DNA from: Octopus vulgaris
Lineage: Eukaryota
DNA: 64,000 bases
Assembly: GCA_951406725.2 (NCBI GenBank)
Contig: OX597820.1
Coordinates: forward strand, 77,810,001-77,874,000
Direction of reading: 5' to 3'
Shown here: positions 1-11,955 of the stretch, piece after piece
How the letters are laid out: each line of letters begins with the position of its first letter
How positions within the stretch are numbered: the stretch's first letter is position 1
Notes under the pieces: model-generated
Told to the model about the DNA's origin: nothing
The model's database searches: none
What the model saw: only the letters and a program-made list of their open reading frames with translations
Position numbers and translations under genes: made by a program

Positions 1-125
1 ACATATATATATATATATATACATATATATGTATATACACACATATGTACGTAAATGGGTATTTACATATGCATATATCTATATATGTATAAGCATATAT
101 ATAGATAGGTAGATATATACATATG

Positions 126-174
<49 letters not shown>

Positions 175-352
175 GTGTGTGTTTATATATGTATACATAT
201 ATATATATATATATATATACATACAGATACATATGTACATATATGTGTATATATATCACATATATATATACATCCTTATAGAGTTTCATACATAATACAT
301 ACATGCATACATACATACATATATATATATATACATACATACATACATGTAT
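1..352. repeat. (TA)n/(CA)n/(TACA)n compound microsatellite
   Basis: Dinucleotide and tetranucleotide runs are directly visible. The ORF at 175-363 is their translation. Confidence 0.95.
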
Positions 353-1169
353 ACTACGATTAAGTGTTAATGTGCAATTCTTATAATAAATAACTATCGA
401 TGTTGTTAAATGTTAAATGAAATTCAAACATATAGTGATAAATGTTTCAGCTTACTGCGACCATTATTAAGTAGGAATGGCAATTCAGAGCCAGGAGAAT
501 ATAGTTATTAACGATAAGTTATGCAAGTGAAATCGAGAATATATATATATATATATATATATATATGACCTTAGAAAAAACGGTGATTTATTTTTATTCA
601 TTTATTTATTTATTCATTTTGCATCGTCTGTGTCATACTGCTTAACGGTTGTGCTGACAGCACTTTGAGGTTTTCAATAGGTGTGTATGATTCACAAATA
701 TTTTTATGTTACTTTGACCTCTCAATGTAATTTTCTTTGTTCTTGGAAAGGAGATGAAAATTACTTCCAAAATGGGACTTAATGGAAGATTGAAATCTAA
801 TTTAATAAACTGTAATACTCTATTATTCAGGTGAAAAGGAAAGCTTGTTTAAAGTAATATATTGGTTAATCGTCGTACAGGGAAATAATTTTCCATACTG
901 TTTCTTTACTTTAGGTTATAGTAGGACGTATTTGGGTATTTTTAGGGAATAATTGCTGCTAATGAAACACTTTGGTGAACATTAATTACGGTTATTGTTT
1001 AAGTATCCTTTCTTCTGAGCTGTTAGCTCGCGGTCTTGAATTAGAATTTTGCTAAACCTTCTATAAAAGAGTATTTTAATGTTCTTCATAAGAGGCCTTA
1101 TTTTATATCAAAGGTTTCTGTAACACATGTACAACAAACATAACCAATTTTCTGTGTTGTCGCCTCACT

Positions 1170-1542
1170 CATTGGCCCAGTGCTTAGGGCAGCGCCTCGT
1201 GGTCGTAGGATCCCGGCTTTGATTCCCAGGCCAGGCGTTATGAGTGTTTATTGAGCGAAAACACCTAAAGTTCCACGAGACTCCGGCAGCAGTTGCTGGT
1301 GAACCCTGCTTTACTCTTTCACCACAGCTTTCTCTCACTCTTTCTTCTTCTTTCTGTTGTACCTGTATTTCAAAGAGGCCAGCTTTGTCACACTCTGTGT
1401 CACGCTGAATCTCCCCGAGAACTACGTTAAGGGTACATGTGGCTGAGGAGTGCTCAGCCACTTGCACGTTAATTTCACGAGCAGGCTGTTCTGTTGATCG
1501 GATCAACTGGAACCCTCGTCGTCGTAACCGATGGAGTGCCAC
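1170..1542 (+). mobile_element. tRNA-derived SINE, family A (full length)
   Basis: A-box-like TGGCCCAGTGCTTAGG, B-box-like GGCTTTGATTCCC, and tail CCCTCGTCGTCGTAACCGATGGAGTGCC. Homologous copies lie at 22241-22623 (-), 27228-27563 (+) and 31673-31848 (+). Confidence 0.85.
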
Positions 1543-2872
1543 GATCATTTAAAATAGTGATGTATGTATAACTTCGAGGAAAATTTTTATTTGCAAAGTA
1601 AGTTTAACAAATAAGATATGAATACAGCGACATTTGGTCTATCTGAGATTCTCGAAGAATTAACAAAACTGCCTTCCCTACCATCTTTTAATATCCTAAG
1701 ATTGTGGAAGATTCAGTGTTATGTTCCATGTCCGTGGGAGCGTGTACGAGGGATCCAATTGTCGGAAGAGTTATTTGAAAACATCATTTTATCAAAGTTT
1801 TCTTGAAAAACTGGAACAAGCAATGCCTTGTTGTGTGCGGCTGTACTTATGTTATCGCTGTATAAAAGGCATAAAAGATAGAACAGAAAAGGGGATTGTG
1901 ATTGGGAGCAGGCAGAAGAGAACTACCAACACACACAGAAATGAGCAATCTGATAGGATGCTGCAGGTGAATCAGTTAAGAGGTGGTAAAAGCCAGTAAA
2001 CTGGAAGTTCCGAGCAAGGTTACTAAGATTCGCAACATTATTTTCACTGAAAATTTCCAAAGCAAGATCCCCCTAGTGAGTGACATAAATGAATGAATCT
2101 GTCCTAAGTCTGGCTTTGCAGAAGCCATGTTGTGTGATCACTGTGGAGAGGGAGTGATGTTTGAGTATGGTATCATTAAATTCATCTCCATTACCTTAAG
2201 GTGAAAGCAATTGGGCAAACTTTAGTTTTGATGGCTTTAGAATGTCACTATGTGAGGCGTACTTTTTGGATATATCTGCATAAAGAGTGAGAGATTAAAG
2301 AACTTGTTATGTATAGAAGCATATTCTGGGATACATAAAATGGACGATGATCTTATTGTTTGAATCGGTTGACTGAACGCCTGCACGTGGCATGTAGGGT
2401 GGGGTCGTATGTGGTTGGAAAGAGGAAACTTTGTCAAGCAACGCTTAAGGACATGTAGTGTAGGGGTTGGATTCAAAAAAGGAACCGAATGTGGCAGCTT
2501 TGCCCATGAGATCCTGCACACGGGATCAACATTGTGTTGACGACCAGCCACAACACTATTAAATGCAGTTCCCAAGGGGAGAAATTTTAAGGAATGTGTG
2601 ATGCAGTAAAACATTAATGAAAAGCCGGTTAGTGATCTTACGCAAGTGCCGCTTTTGGCTGCATTCCAGCCAGTTTTGAGAAGTGGATAAGATTCTTAAT
2701 ATCCCAAACTGGAAAATATTCTAAACTAATAGTACACGTTAGTTTCCATCTGGAAAATAACAAGTATGACTTATCCTTGTGGATATGAAAGTGAAGCTGA
2801 GAATTACAGAAATAAAGTTGTTGCTCGTCTACTCAACCTTTCTATGTACCACATATTATTATACTTTCAAGA

Positions 2873-3320
2873 AATGTTAGCACGCCGGGCGAAATACTTA
2901 GCGGTATTTCATCTGTAAGGCAATGAATTGGCAGAATCGTTAGCACACCGGGTGAAATGCTTAGCAGAATTTCATCTGCCGCTACATTCTGATTTCAAAT
3001 TCCACCGAGGTCGACTTTGCCTTTTATCCTTTCGAGGTCGATTAAATAAGTACCAGTTACGCACTGGAGACGTTATGATCGACTTAATCCGTTTGTCTGT
3101 CCTTGTTTGTCCTCTCTGTGTTTAGCCACTTGTGGGTAGTAAAGAAATAGGTATTTCATCTGTCTTACGTGATGAGTTTAAATTCCGAAGAAATCGACTT
3201 TGCCTTTCATCCTTTCGGGGTCGATAAATCAAGTACCAGATGCGAACTGGGGTCGATTTAATCGACTAGCCCTCCCCCACAAAATAAAATTAGGGCCTTG
3301 TGCCTATAGTATAAAAGATT
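2873..3320 (+). mobile_element. SINE family B (Meta-domain-like core), tandem or nested partial units
   Basis: Head GGCAGAATCGTTAGCAC..GAGTTCAAATTCC and core GCCTTTCATCCTTTCGGGGTCGATAAAT..AGTACCAG, which resembles the MetaSINE central domain. More than 10 copies occur in the window. Confidence 0.8.
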
Positions 3321-4037
3321 GCTTGCAGTAAAGATATTCAGCGTCGAAGTTTACTTTATCTGACTTCTGAAAGTGTTCAATGATTGGCACAAGGCAATGT
3401 CATTTTCAAAATAGAGTGCTGTGCATTTATTTTATGTTCCCTAGAATCATGGTTCATAAAACAAATGCAGGCAATATTTAAAATCCAATAGTTTAAGTGT
3501 AAAGTGCTTCTCTTGATCAACAAGTTATCAATACCGCTGAACTTAAAACACAAAGAAACTGTTTTAAGAAACAAGTATTAAATCAATATCTGTAACATTT
3601 TAGCGTATTTTATAGAATTGTTCTTCTCGATCTATTACATTCTTCATGAAATGCTCTATTGCCAAACATATCCGATTTTCTTTGATAGCTATAATATCGT
3701 CTTTTATGCACATCATATAATGTTCATGGACACCAATAAGATTAGCTTAAAGTGGCGGAGAGACCGTTCTTTACAATAAATGGATACACAATATGAACCA
3801 GCATGTATTATGGTAAGTTCGAAAACGTGCAAAAATTGAGCTTATCCATGAAATCAGTTGACAAAGTATTTCGGGTTATTTAGAATGTATGAAGAATAAT
3901 CTAACAAGATAACTCTAACATGATTAACCAACGGATATTTTGGAGAAATATAGGCAATCGACATAGTAGTGGAGCTTGGCTTTAAATAAAAACCCGTAAA
4001 GGAAATGGACACGTTTCTATATTATATCGTTCAACAT

Positions 4038-4362
4038 AGGCGCAGGAGTGGCTGCGTGGTAATAGGCTTGCTTACCAACCACATCGTCCCGGGTTCAGTC
4101 CCACTGCGTGACACTTTGGTCAACTATCTTCTACTTTAGCCTAGGGCTGACTATATATATATAAAGTAACACATATAGATGCATACATACGTTGCTGAAA
4201 AGTGTGTTGTGTTAAGACAAAAGTCATTTGACCGCGGCTATGCTGGAGCACCACCTTTAATCGAGCAAATCAATTGCAGGACTTATTCTTTGTAAGGTTA
4301 TTACTTATTGTATCGGTATCTTTTGCCGAACCGCTAAGTTACGGGGACGTAAACACACCAGT
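4038..4362. mobile_element. SINE family C (CORE-like) fragments: head on +, tail on -
   Basis: AGGCGCAGGAGTGGCTGCGTGG..GGTTCAGTCCC head at 4038-4152 and reverse tail GCTGGAGCACC..CCGAACCGCTAAGTTACGGGGACG at 4222-4362. Both match the copies at 25385-25863 and 48303-48695. Confidence 0.75.
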
Positions 4363-4701
4363 TTTTGAGGGTTTGTTGGACACAGTGTGAGACGACTGTT
4401 GTTATCTCTAGGCCTAACTCATCGTAAAGTCAATACTATCATGACCGATATCCAAACTACAGTGGAGAAGGCTAGCCACTGGATTTGCTTAAAAAGAGAT
4501 GATGAGCGATGGCTGGAAGAATATTGAGCTTTATTTGATAACCAGCTGATCTAGCCAGCAGGGCCTCATATCAGTGAGAGGGACGGTGTGCATTGATGCC
4601 GTCGAGAGAAAATATAGTTAGAATAGATTAAAGGAGGTGATTGAAACGATCAGTCTCAACCTACGGCCGTTACAGAAAGTTTAAGACAAATATGGGAGAA
4701 T

Positions 4702-5225
4702 GGAGCAGATAAAATCCAGTCTACATATGTTTCCTAGCCTGCAGATAAGTAGTAATAAATGGTCAACGAGAGTGGGGTACTTCGCTAGCAACTCATCAGG
4801 CCGAAGATACCTTAGTTAAATGAAGATTACATTGCCATTAAGGAATCCCAAATTAACTCGCCGGGGATGTAATTTAAATTTAGTGTCCACACCTTTTCCT
4901 TTATTTTTAACGATCTTATAAAATTGCCCATTCCTATATTTTTGACCTCCTCCATCTTTTCTGTTACGGACCATTTTATTTCTTCATACATACGTTTTTC
5001 TATTTTTTTTTTTTTTTGCATTCCATTCTTCTGACTTCATCACTTATTTAGATTTATTTATTTCCCCTGCGAGTGAATTTGGGATTCCTTAATGACAACA
5101 CGACATGCTTATAACTGAGATATCTTCGTCCTTGTGAGTAGCTAGCGGAGTATACCTCGTTAAGTAGTTATTATTTCCGAGATTCTGCTATCTAGGAAAC
5201 ATGTTACTTCGATTCTACCTGCTCC
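4702..5225. repeat. Long imperfect inverted repeat (arms ~4702-4885 and ~5041-5225)
   Basis: CATTAAGGAATCCCAAATT (4836-4854) is the exact reverse complement of 5076-5094. The flanking blocks ATGTTTCCTAG/CTAGGAAACAT and GGAGCAG/CTGCTCC also pair. Confidence 0.85.
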
Positions 5226-5691
5226 GTTGTGATGACGGTTTTGCCGATGATTTTGAATATCAGCAATAATAAAGAATGGAAAAAATAACACTACTGTTTT
5301 ATACACGTCATATTGGACATACAATAAGATATATATCGTTTTCCGTTGCAGAAAAATGTCGATTGACAGATAAGCTGATATAGTAAAATTTATCCCCCAT
5401 TCTTCTTGTTTTAGATATAAATTTCCTGTTAATTGCGCGATAACCTTTGTTAATTCAAGGTTATAGCTTGCTATATAACACTAAGAGATTTATTTTAAAT
5501 GTGCAACCTTTATCATCAGTCGTTGAAATATTCCTTATTGTCGTCAATGTATGCCTCTTTCTTCAATATTTAGTACTCTTGGTAAACCATCCAACTGTAC
5601 AGCACTGTACATATGTGCTAGCTACGAAACACACGAATGAGAAAATGCCATATGGAGGATTAGTAAGTATCGTTGCTGTTATATCTTGCTC

Positions 5692-6335
5692 GCTTCAGTC
5701 AATGGATTGCGGCCATGCTGAGGCACCGCCTTGAAAATATTAGCTTAACAAATCACACTACTTATGTTCTTAGGTTTGCTATTTATTTATTTAATCTGTA
5801 ACTTTTAGAACCTGCTATGTTATGGGAACATAAAGAACAAACGTCTGTCGTCTGACAGTGGGTGGCGATAACACACATGTACACACATATGTACACTGTG
5901 ATTAAGCAGGTACAAACACACATGTACACTGTGATTAAGCGGATTTATATAACGTGCTTTGTATCTCCAACCAATCCTTAATGTCAGGGTTCATGGTTAG
6001 TTATATGTGAAACCGAAGATTCTGGGAAGCCCCGAAAAAAGAACGAGAAGGCCGATGCAAGAAGTGGAATGAAAAGAGAAAGGGTGAATAAAAATGGAAA
6101 AAGAAACGAAAAGAAAACGAATATTGAATGTTACCTTCCCTTTGACTGTTGAAATTATATTTAATCCAGCTGTTGCGGAATAATTCAACAGTGACATCGT
6201 TTTCAGTTTCCTTGCATCAAATTCATTCAGAACACTTTGGTCGGTCCGGCACTATAGAAGACAGATGTGCAAGGTGATGCAAGATTGGATTGAACCAAAT
6301 TGAATAGCGAGCTTCGTAACTAAACAGCCATGACT
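5692..6335 (-). mobile_element. SINE family C, degenerate, with internal insertion
   Basis: TGCGGCCATGCTGAGGCACCGCC tail at the left end and CTTTGGTCGG..CTATAGAAGACAG head region at the right end. Confidence 0.55.
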
Positions 6336-7635
6336 GTTTCCCTTATTTAGTTCCGGGTCAGAATTCCCGACCAACCCCTGTTTTTTTAGACTTTCCAACG
6401 CTTTACAAACTAATGTCTGATAAACTTTCTTTTTAAGAAGTGTATTAGATATATTCCTTTATTTTACTTTTAATATGAGTTGACGGTTATTATTCTATTA
6501 ATGTTTCTAGAAGATTTAGTTACAGAAAGACAACTACCTTTTTCAAAAGTGTGTGTTTAAAGGATACTTTTTCACTTAATAGTGTACAATTTTATCTACT
6601 CTTTAAAATAGATATATCTTTTTACGTCTAAGAATTCAAATGCTTCGAGACTTGTTTGTTCATTTTTATCTCCTAGTCTCTTATCGTATGGAATACATTT
6701 CCCTTTTGGAAATATCATCTTACGTCTTGTGGGTTATCTTATTTGAGATGTTGTATAAATGTTTCTTCTCTTCTTTAATATAGCCTTCCAATCGACTTTT
6801 CTATAGCAGCGATTCTTATCTTTTCTCAGAAAACTTTGTCCATTCAACCTTGGCATCCTTATTATTGCGAAGATGTTACTATTCTAAAGCAAAACACGTA
6901 ACTCACTTATATCTCTAGATATTGTTAGTTTCGAAAACTACAAGTGGCTAAGCACTCCACAGACACGGGTACCCTTGTACGTTATTTAACGAGCAAGATG
7001 TTCCATTGATCCCCAACAATTCCATCATTTCAAGGGTTCTAAATGGTTGCCTTGGTTGATATGGAATGCTTTAAGTAGTAGATTTTCTATATGCTTTCAT
7101 AAATTGTTGTTGATGCATCAAATTTATGAGGGCTATGCTGAAATTTATGCATTTATGCTAAAGCAGGGGGAAACCTTTTATTAACTGACATAGATCGTTC
7201 AAATTGCACTTATTGTTAGAATAACATTACCAAGATATTACCTTAAATTCTTGTTCTTCTACAGGAAATTAATGCGTAGGAATCAGAAACACATTTTCGG
7301 TATTGATTGTTTGACGAAGAACGTGTGCACGCTATATAACACGAAGTGAAGAATGCAGATTGGTTACCGTGACGACATGAGCAGATGCACAGATAGGCAA
7401 AGACATTTAAAGAAGGTGCAATCAAGAAAGCACGATGTTGGGGACTATCAACTGCGTCCACAAGCACATATCACCGGCAAGGACTTAACAATACATTCCA
7501 GGCTATGATAAAAGACTTCTGGTATGGGGAAATGTGTAGAAAGGACTTACGTCAAAATTTGACACACAATTTGGAGGACATATATAAGTGTTCTGAAAGA
7601 AGATATGGAGCACCAATATACATATATATGTATAA

Positions 7636-8690
7636 GCTCCATATCTTCTTCCAGAACATTTCCATTTCCTCAGTCTTAGGTGGCTCCTTAACTTCTATCG
7701 TACTTTTGCCAAATTCCCAATAAAATTTATTTGCATCAGTTTTGAATATCTTGTTTTGTCGATAAAATTTGATTCTTGTGTCATACCATCTGAGTCGTTG
7801 GGCTTTCGGTTGCATTCGTCGTTTTCCATTGTTTCTTGGTTACAGGGAGGTTTATAAAATCTTAGTTTTTATGTTTTTGCTTAGTTATTCTAGCTTACTC
7901 CTCTAGCAAGTTCATCGAGAACTGATACATCAGTCTGCAAAAATTCATTCCCTTTTTGTATTGCTACCTTCAAGTTAGGAGGTCTATTGACAGGGTTGGT
8001 CCTTTACAGTGTCGTCCTGACACCTAACTGAGCAGTTACAACTTTGCCAGTGGAATAGATGAGGTGATTTAAGGTTGTTAGGCCATTTACCTTATTACTT
8101 AAGCTACGTCTAAAAGCAGCACTATGTATCATGATTATGTTTTTGTTTTTATGCTGTTTGAGAAATTTGCCAGTGATTCTGTATTGATGATGTCAGTAGA
8201 TTCAGTGTTGCTGAGTTCTCTCATAATATCTTTTCTTTATTATTCAACTCACATTCTGTGTCATATCTATTCTGGTGCATTTGAGGTAGGCCTGCTTTCT
8301 CCTCTTTTTCCGCATACATTTTTCGCTATTCTTTCTTCAGCTTTCCCGTTGGGATATACTGCTTGCACAGTTATTATTATTATCATTCATTCGTAACACT
8401 GAGTAGGCAACAATGCACCGAAATCTTTAGTTATCTGTCAAGTCACAAGAAGGACATCAGACAGATCATGCTTTCCTTAAGGTATGCACTATGCGCAAAA
8501 AGGCTGGTTTTTGAAAGACATCAATCTTGCAACGGACTTCCAGCTGACTTAAGAAGTCTTGAAGTTTCAATGGGATTGAGCCCAACGCTCCGATCAACAC
8601 TGGTATCCTGCATAACTTTATTTAGTACATGCTCAGCTTAGTTCTCTATTAATTCATATTGGTATTTACGGCATGAGAGCCAAAGAAGTT
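7636..8690 (-). mobile_element. R4/Dong-like non-LTR retrotransposon, degenerate N-terminal fragment
   Basis: ORF 7552-7815 (KAQRLRWYDTRIKFYRQNKIFKTDANKFY..EPPKTEEMEMFWKKIWS) is homologous to the N-terminal part of the 9261-12020 ORF (KAQRIRRFEKRNKFYKQNKLF..DPPPMEEVQNFWKRIWS). The upstream boundary is approximate. Confidence 0.75.
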
Positions 8691-8694
8691 GCAC

Positions 8695-8948
8695 TCACTC
8701 TGTATCGTGGCGGCGCTTGTATTCTTTTTGTGCAGGACTCTCACATTCACTTACTAAGTCGGTCACATTTTCCTCATTCTTTCCACAGAGTCTGCATTTC
8801 TGGGTGTCAGAAGTTTTATATATGTTATACTTCGCCGAATTGCTAGCGAGAGCGTGGTCTTGTGCAGCAATAATCAAGCTTTCCGCAGCGAGCTTCAAAT
8901 CATCTCGTTCAAGTGATGCCCAGTATGCTGTATTACCTTTAATATCCC
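8695..8948 (-). mobile_element. R4/Dong-like fragment (CCHC knuckle region)
   Basis: ESLIIAAQDHAL..KCRLCGKNEENVTDLVSEC..EYKRRHD. Confidence 0.85.
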
Positions 8949-8954
8949 GTGTAT

Positions 8955-9130
8955 TACTTCTACTTCTTCTTCTTCTTCATCTTCTTCTTCTTCTTCTTCT
9001 TCTTCTTCTTCTTCTTCTTCTTCTTCTTCTTCTCCTTTTTCTTCTTCTTCTTCTTCTTCTTCTTCTTCTTCTTCTTCTTTATTTACTTCTTGTTGTTGCT
9101 GTTGTTGTTGTTATTATTATTATTATTATT
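8955..9130. repeat. (CTT)n-(GTT)n-(ATT)n compound microsatellite
   Basis: Directly visible. It forms the 3' tail and target side of the adjacent minus-strand LINE. Confidence 0.95.
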
Positions 9131-11906
9131 TTTTTTTTGTTCTTTCAAATTTGCTTCCATTTCTTGCCAAGTGTCTTCCCGACTCCTAGGGCAAAGAAAC
9201 TCATAGTATACATTGGTAGGCCATTAAACCAAACTCAATAGTTCGTTCTTTCTTTTTTTTTTAAGTTAAATTAAAATACATGAGCAGCAACAGTTCCCAC
9301 ATCGACAATGCTCTTCTCAATACGTGTGATGTACCAGTTAAGACAATCTTTTGCACTTCTTGCAGGGATGGTAAACCAGGGATCATTCTCATATAATTTT
9401 CGGTTCCCTTCTTGATCATTCCTAGTGCTCCTACGATCACTGGTATTGTAACCGCCTTGAGATGCCACATTTTCTCAATTTCAATGAGTAGGTCTTTATA
9501 TTTTCTGAGCTTGTCAAACTCTTTCCCTGAGATATTATGATCACAGGGGATGCTCATGTCGATCAATAAGCAAACTTTATTGTTTTGGTCTTTCACAACA
9601 ATATCAGGTTTATTGGCCTTGATGGTTCGGTCTGTATGTACTGGAAAGTCCCACAGAATGGTTACATTTTCTCCTTCAGTTACAGCCTCAGGGTGGTGAT
9701 TATACCACTTGTCGGCAGTTTTGATATTGTAATGCCGACTTATTAGCCAGTGGAGATATTGGCCAACTCTGTCATGTCTTAATTTATACTCCACTGGTGC
9801 TAAGACTTTACATCCAGAGATTAGGTGGTCCACTGTTTTAATCATGTCGTTGCAGAATCGGCATTTTGGGTCTGCTCCATTTTTCATCACATTGGCCTGG
9901 TAGTTCCGGGTTAATAGGCTTTGATCTTGAGCAGCCAGGATGAAACCTTCGCTCTCTGCTTTTAGCCCTGAGCTCCGTAGCCACTGATGGGTTTGCTTCT
10001 GGTCAACATCAGCTTGTTTGCTGCGGGTCACATATTTGCCGTGCAGAGGTTTCTCCTCCCACCTATCAGCCAATTGCTCGTGCGCTTTTTTCGTTGCCAT
10101 CATTTTCACCTTCTTTGCAACAATAGTTGCCGTACTTCCCTCGGGTTGTTCTGTTTGGGTATCCTGCACGAGATCAATAGCAAATTTTTTGCTTTCATTT
10201 ATAATAGAATGAAGCTTCTTTCGTCTCTCGTAATTTTCCACGAGCTTTAGCATCCTGTCATTCGATATTTCGAGATATTTGGCCAGTCCAATTGTGGTTG
10301 TTTTGTAAGCTAGTTCAAATTGGATCAGGCCTCGACCTCCTTGGGCTCTGGGAAGGTAAAGGCGATCTACGTCTGCCTTTGGGTGGTGCATCCTATTACA
10401 ACTCAGCAGCTTGCGTATTTTCCTATCTATATTCTTTACTTCACTCATATTCCAGTTCAACACATTGTAGCTATAAGTAACAACTGGAACTGCTAAGGAA
10501 TTTATAGCTAACACCTTGTTACGTGCATTTAGTTCATATTTCAGGACTGCACGAACTCTCCTATAACATTCCTTTCTGATCTTCTCTTTCATGCTTGCAT
10601 GCTGAATACCAGAGCCTTCATTTATCCCTAAATATTTGTATGTTTGTTCTTGCTCAAGCTCTCTTATGACTGTGTCGACATCTAACACGACTGAATTTGT
10701 GGTCTTCACTTTCCCTTTCTGGAAAGTGGCCTTGGCACACTTCTCAAGTCCAAACTCCATCTCGATGTCATCGCTGAATGCTTTCACGGTGCGCAATAGG
10801 CCTTCAAGTTCATTATTGTCTTTACCATAAAGTTTTAAGTCATCCATATAAAATAGATGGCTTATTTTTTTATTGGCAATTTTATACCCATACCCTGTTC
10901 TGTTTAATTCACTTGTAAGGGGTATTAGGGCTATGCAGAATATTAAAGGTGAAAGTGAGTCACCTTGAAACATTCCACAGTTGATGTTTATATTTTCTGA
11001 GGTAAGTACTCCATTAGAGTGGTATAATTGGAGATTCGTATTCCACAACGACATATTGTGCTTCAGGAAGTTTGAAATCACAGGGGAAATTTTGAAGATG
11101 TCCAGCGATCTCAAGTTCCATGGATGCGGTATACTGTCGAAGGCCTTTTTATAGTCAATCCATGCGGTGCTGAGATTTCTGCGCTTGTTGTGACAGTTCT
11201 CAAGGATCATACGATTGATTAGCAGTTGATCTTTGCATCCGTAAGAGCCTCGGCGGTACCCTTTTTGTTCAATGGGGAAAATATCGTTCTTCTCCAGGAA
11301 TGCATATGTTTTCTCCGCCAGGATAGTTGTTAGGACTTTATACGTGGTGGATAGACAGGTTATAGGCCGATAGTTTTTTGGAAGGTTGGTTTCGTTATTC
11401 TTTGGGAGTAGGTAAGTAATGCCACTTGCTAACCATTCAGGTGTTTTCTTTGGGTCTCTCATAATTCCATTGAGCAGCTGAACTAGCTTACCGTTTGCGC
11501 ATGGGAGCGATGCGAGCCAGAAATTCGGCACCCTATCTTTACCGGGGGATTTCCAATTATGGGCCTTCGTGAGTGCCTTTCTTAGGTCTGCTATTGTGAT
11601 GTCTTCCCATGCTTGTTGTTGTAAATTTTGGTAGGATCCTTCAGTTTGTATAATCCAGTCTGCATTTATGTTGTACGTCTTCTTGTCACTCCAAATCCTT
11701 TTCCAAAAGTTTTGAACTTCTTCCATGGGAGGGGGGTCTTTAACGGTTACTTTCTCCTTCCCTATTTCTCTGTAGAATTTTTTGGCATTAGATGTGAACA
11801 GCTTATTTTGCTTGTAAAACTTGTTTCTCTTCTCAAATCTTCGTATTCTTTGGGCTTTTGCTTGGACTTTTTGTTTCAGCGTTTCTTTTATTGATATCAG
11901 TTCTTC
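9130..11906 (-). mobile_element. R4/Dong-like non-LTR retrotransposon, 5'-truncated, young, flanked by (TAA)n
   Basis: Open RT-REL frame followed by a ~130-nt 3' UTR ending in an A-run and (AAT)n. The 5' junction abuts (AAT)n at 11907-11955. Confidence 0.92.
9261..11906 (-). CDS. Reverse transcriptase - CCHC zinc knuckle - restriction-like endonuclease polyprotein (R4/Dong clade), N-terminally truncated
   Basis: No stops over ~880 codons. Motifs: NWKSPGKD, NYRPITCL, EQKGY..GCKDQL, WIDYKKAFDS, QGDSLSP, YMDD, FGLEKC, YKYLG, RLYLPR..GGRGL, CRFC..DHLISGC, RHD, KPDIV..IDMSIP..K..KY. The ORF track's extension to 12020 is microsatellite plus the neighbour's UTR. Confidence 0.9.
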   Translation of the reverse strand, partial: EELISIKETLKQKVQAKAQRIRRFEKRNKFYKQNKLFTSNAKKFYREIGKEKVTVKDPPPMEEVQNFWKRIWSDKKTYNINADWIIQTEGSYQNLQQQAWEDITIADLRKALTKAHNWKSPGKDRVPNFWLASLPCANGKLVQLLNGIMRDPKKTPEWLASGITYLLPKNNETNLPKNYRPITCLSTTYKVLTTILAEKTYAFLEKNDIFPIEQKGYRRGSYGCKDQLLINRMILENCHNKRRNLSTAWIDYKKAFDSIPHPWNLRSLDIFKISPVISNFLKHNMSLWNTNLQLYHSNGVLTSENININCGMFQGDSLSPLIFCIALIPLTSELNRTGYGYKIANKKISHLFYMDDLKLYGKDNNELEGLLRTVKAFSDDIEMEFGLEKCAKATFQKGKVKTTNSVVLDVDTVIRELEQEQTYKYLGINEGSGIQHASMKEKIRKECYRRVRAVLKYELNARNKVLAINSLAVPVVTYSYNVLNWNMSEVKNIDRKIRKLLSCNRMHHPKADVDRLYLPRAQGGRGLIQFELAYKTTTIGLAKYLEISNDRMLKLVENYERRKKLHSIINESKKFAIDLVQDTQTEQPEGSTATIVAKKVKMMATKKAHEQLADRWEEKPLHGKYVTRSKQADVDQKQTHQWLRSSGLKAESEGFILAAQDQSLLTRNYQANVMKNGADPKCRFCNDMIKTVDHLISGCKVLAPVEYKLRHDRVGQYLHWLISRHYNIKTADKWYNHHPEAVTEGENVTILWDFPVHTDRTIKANKPDIVVKDQNNKVCLLIDMSIPCDHNISGKEFDKLRKYKDLLIEIEKMWHLKAVTIPVIVGALGMIKKGTENYMRMIPGLPSLQEVQKIVLTGTSHVLRRALSMWELLLLMYFNLT

Positions 11907-11948
<42 letters not shown>

Positions 11949-11955
11949 GATTATT

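Noticed and set aside
640-1150. AT-rich segments (also 6380-7250 and 7260-7620) faintly resembling PLE or RTE remnants
   Set aside because: Too degenerate to recover diagnostic motifs by eye.
1170-1240. tRNA gene-like A/B boxes (also at other SINE heads)
   Set aside because: No complete cloverleaf, and they continue into SINE bodies.
1165-1548. 127-aa ORF and similar ORFs at 22258, 26575 and 27251
   Set aside because: They lie entirely within SINE copies.
1600-2700. Moderately GC-rich block with AMLCDHCGEG (PHD-like) and other Cys-containing fragments
   Set aside because: Frames are short and interrupted, with no consistent motif or splice structure. It may be a decayed TE but cannot be assigned.
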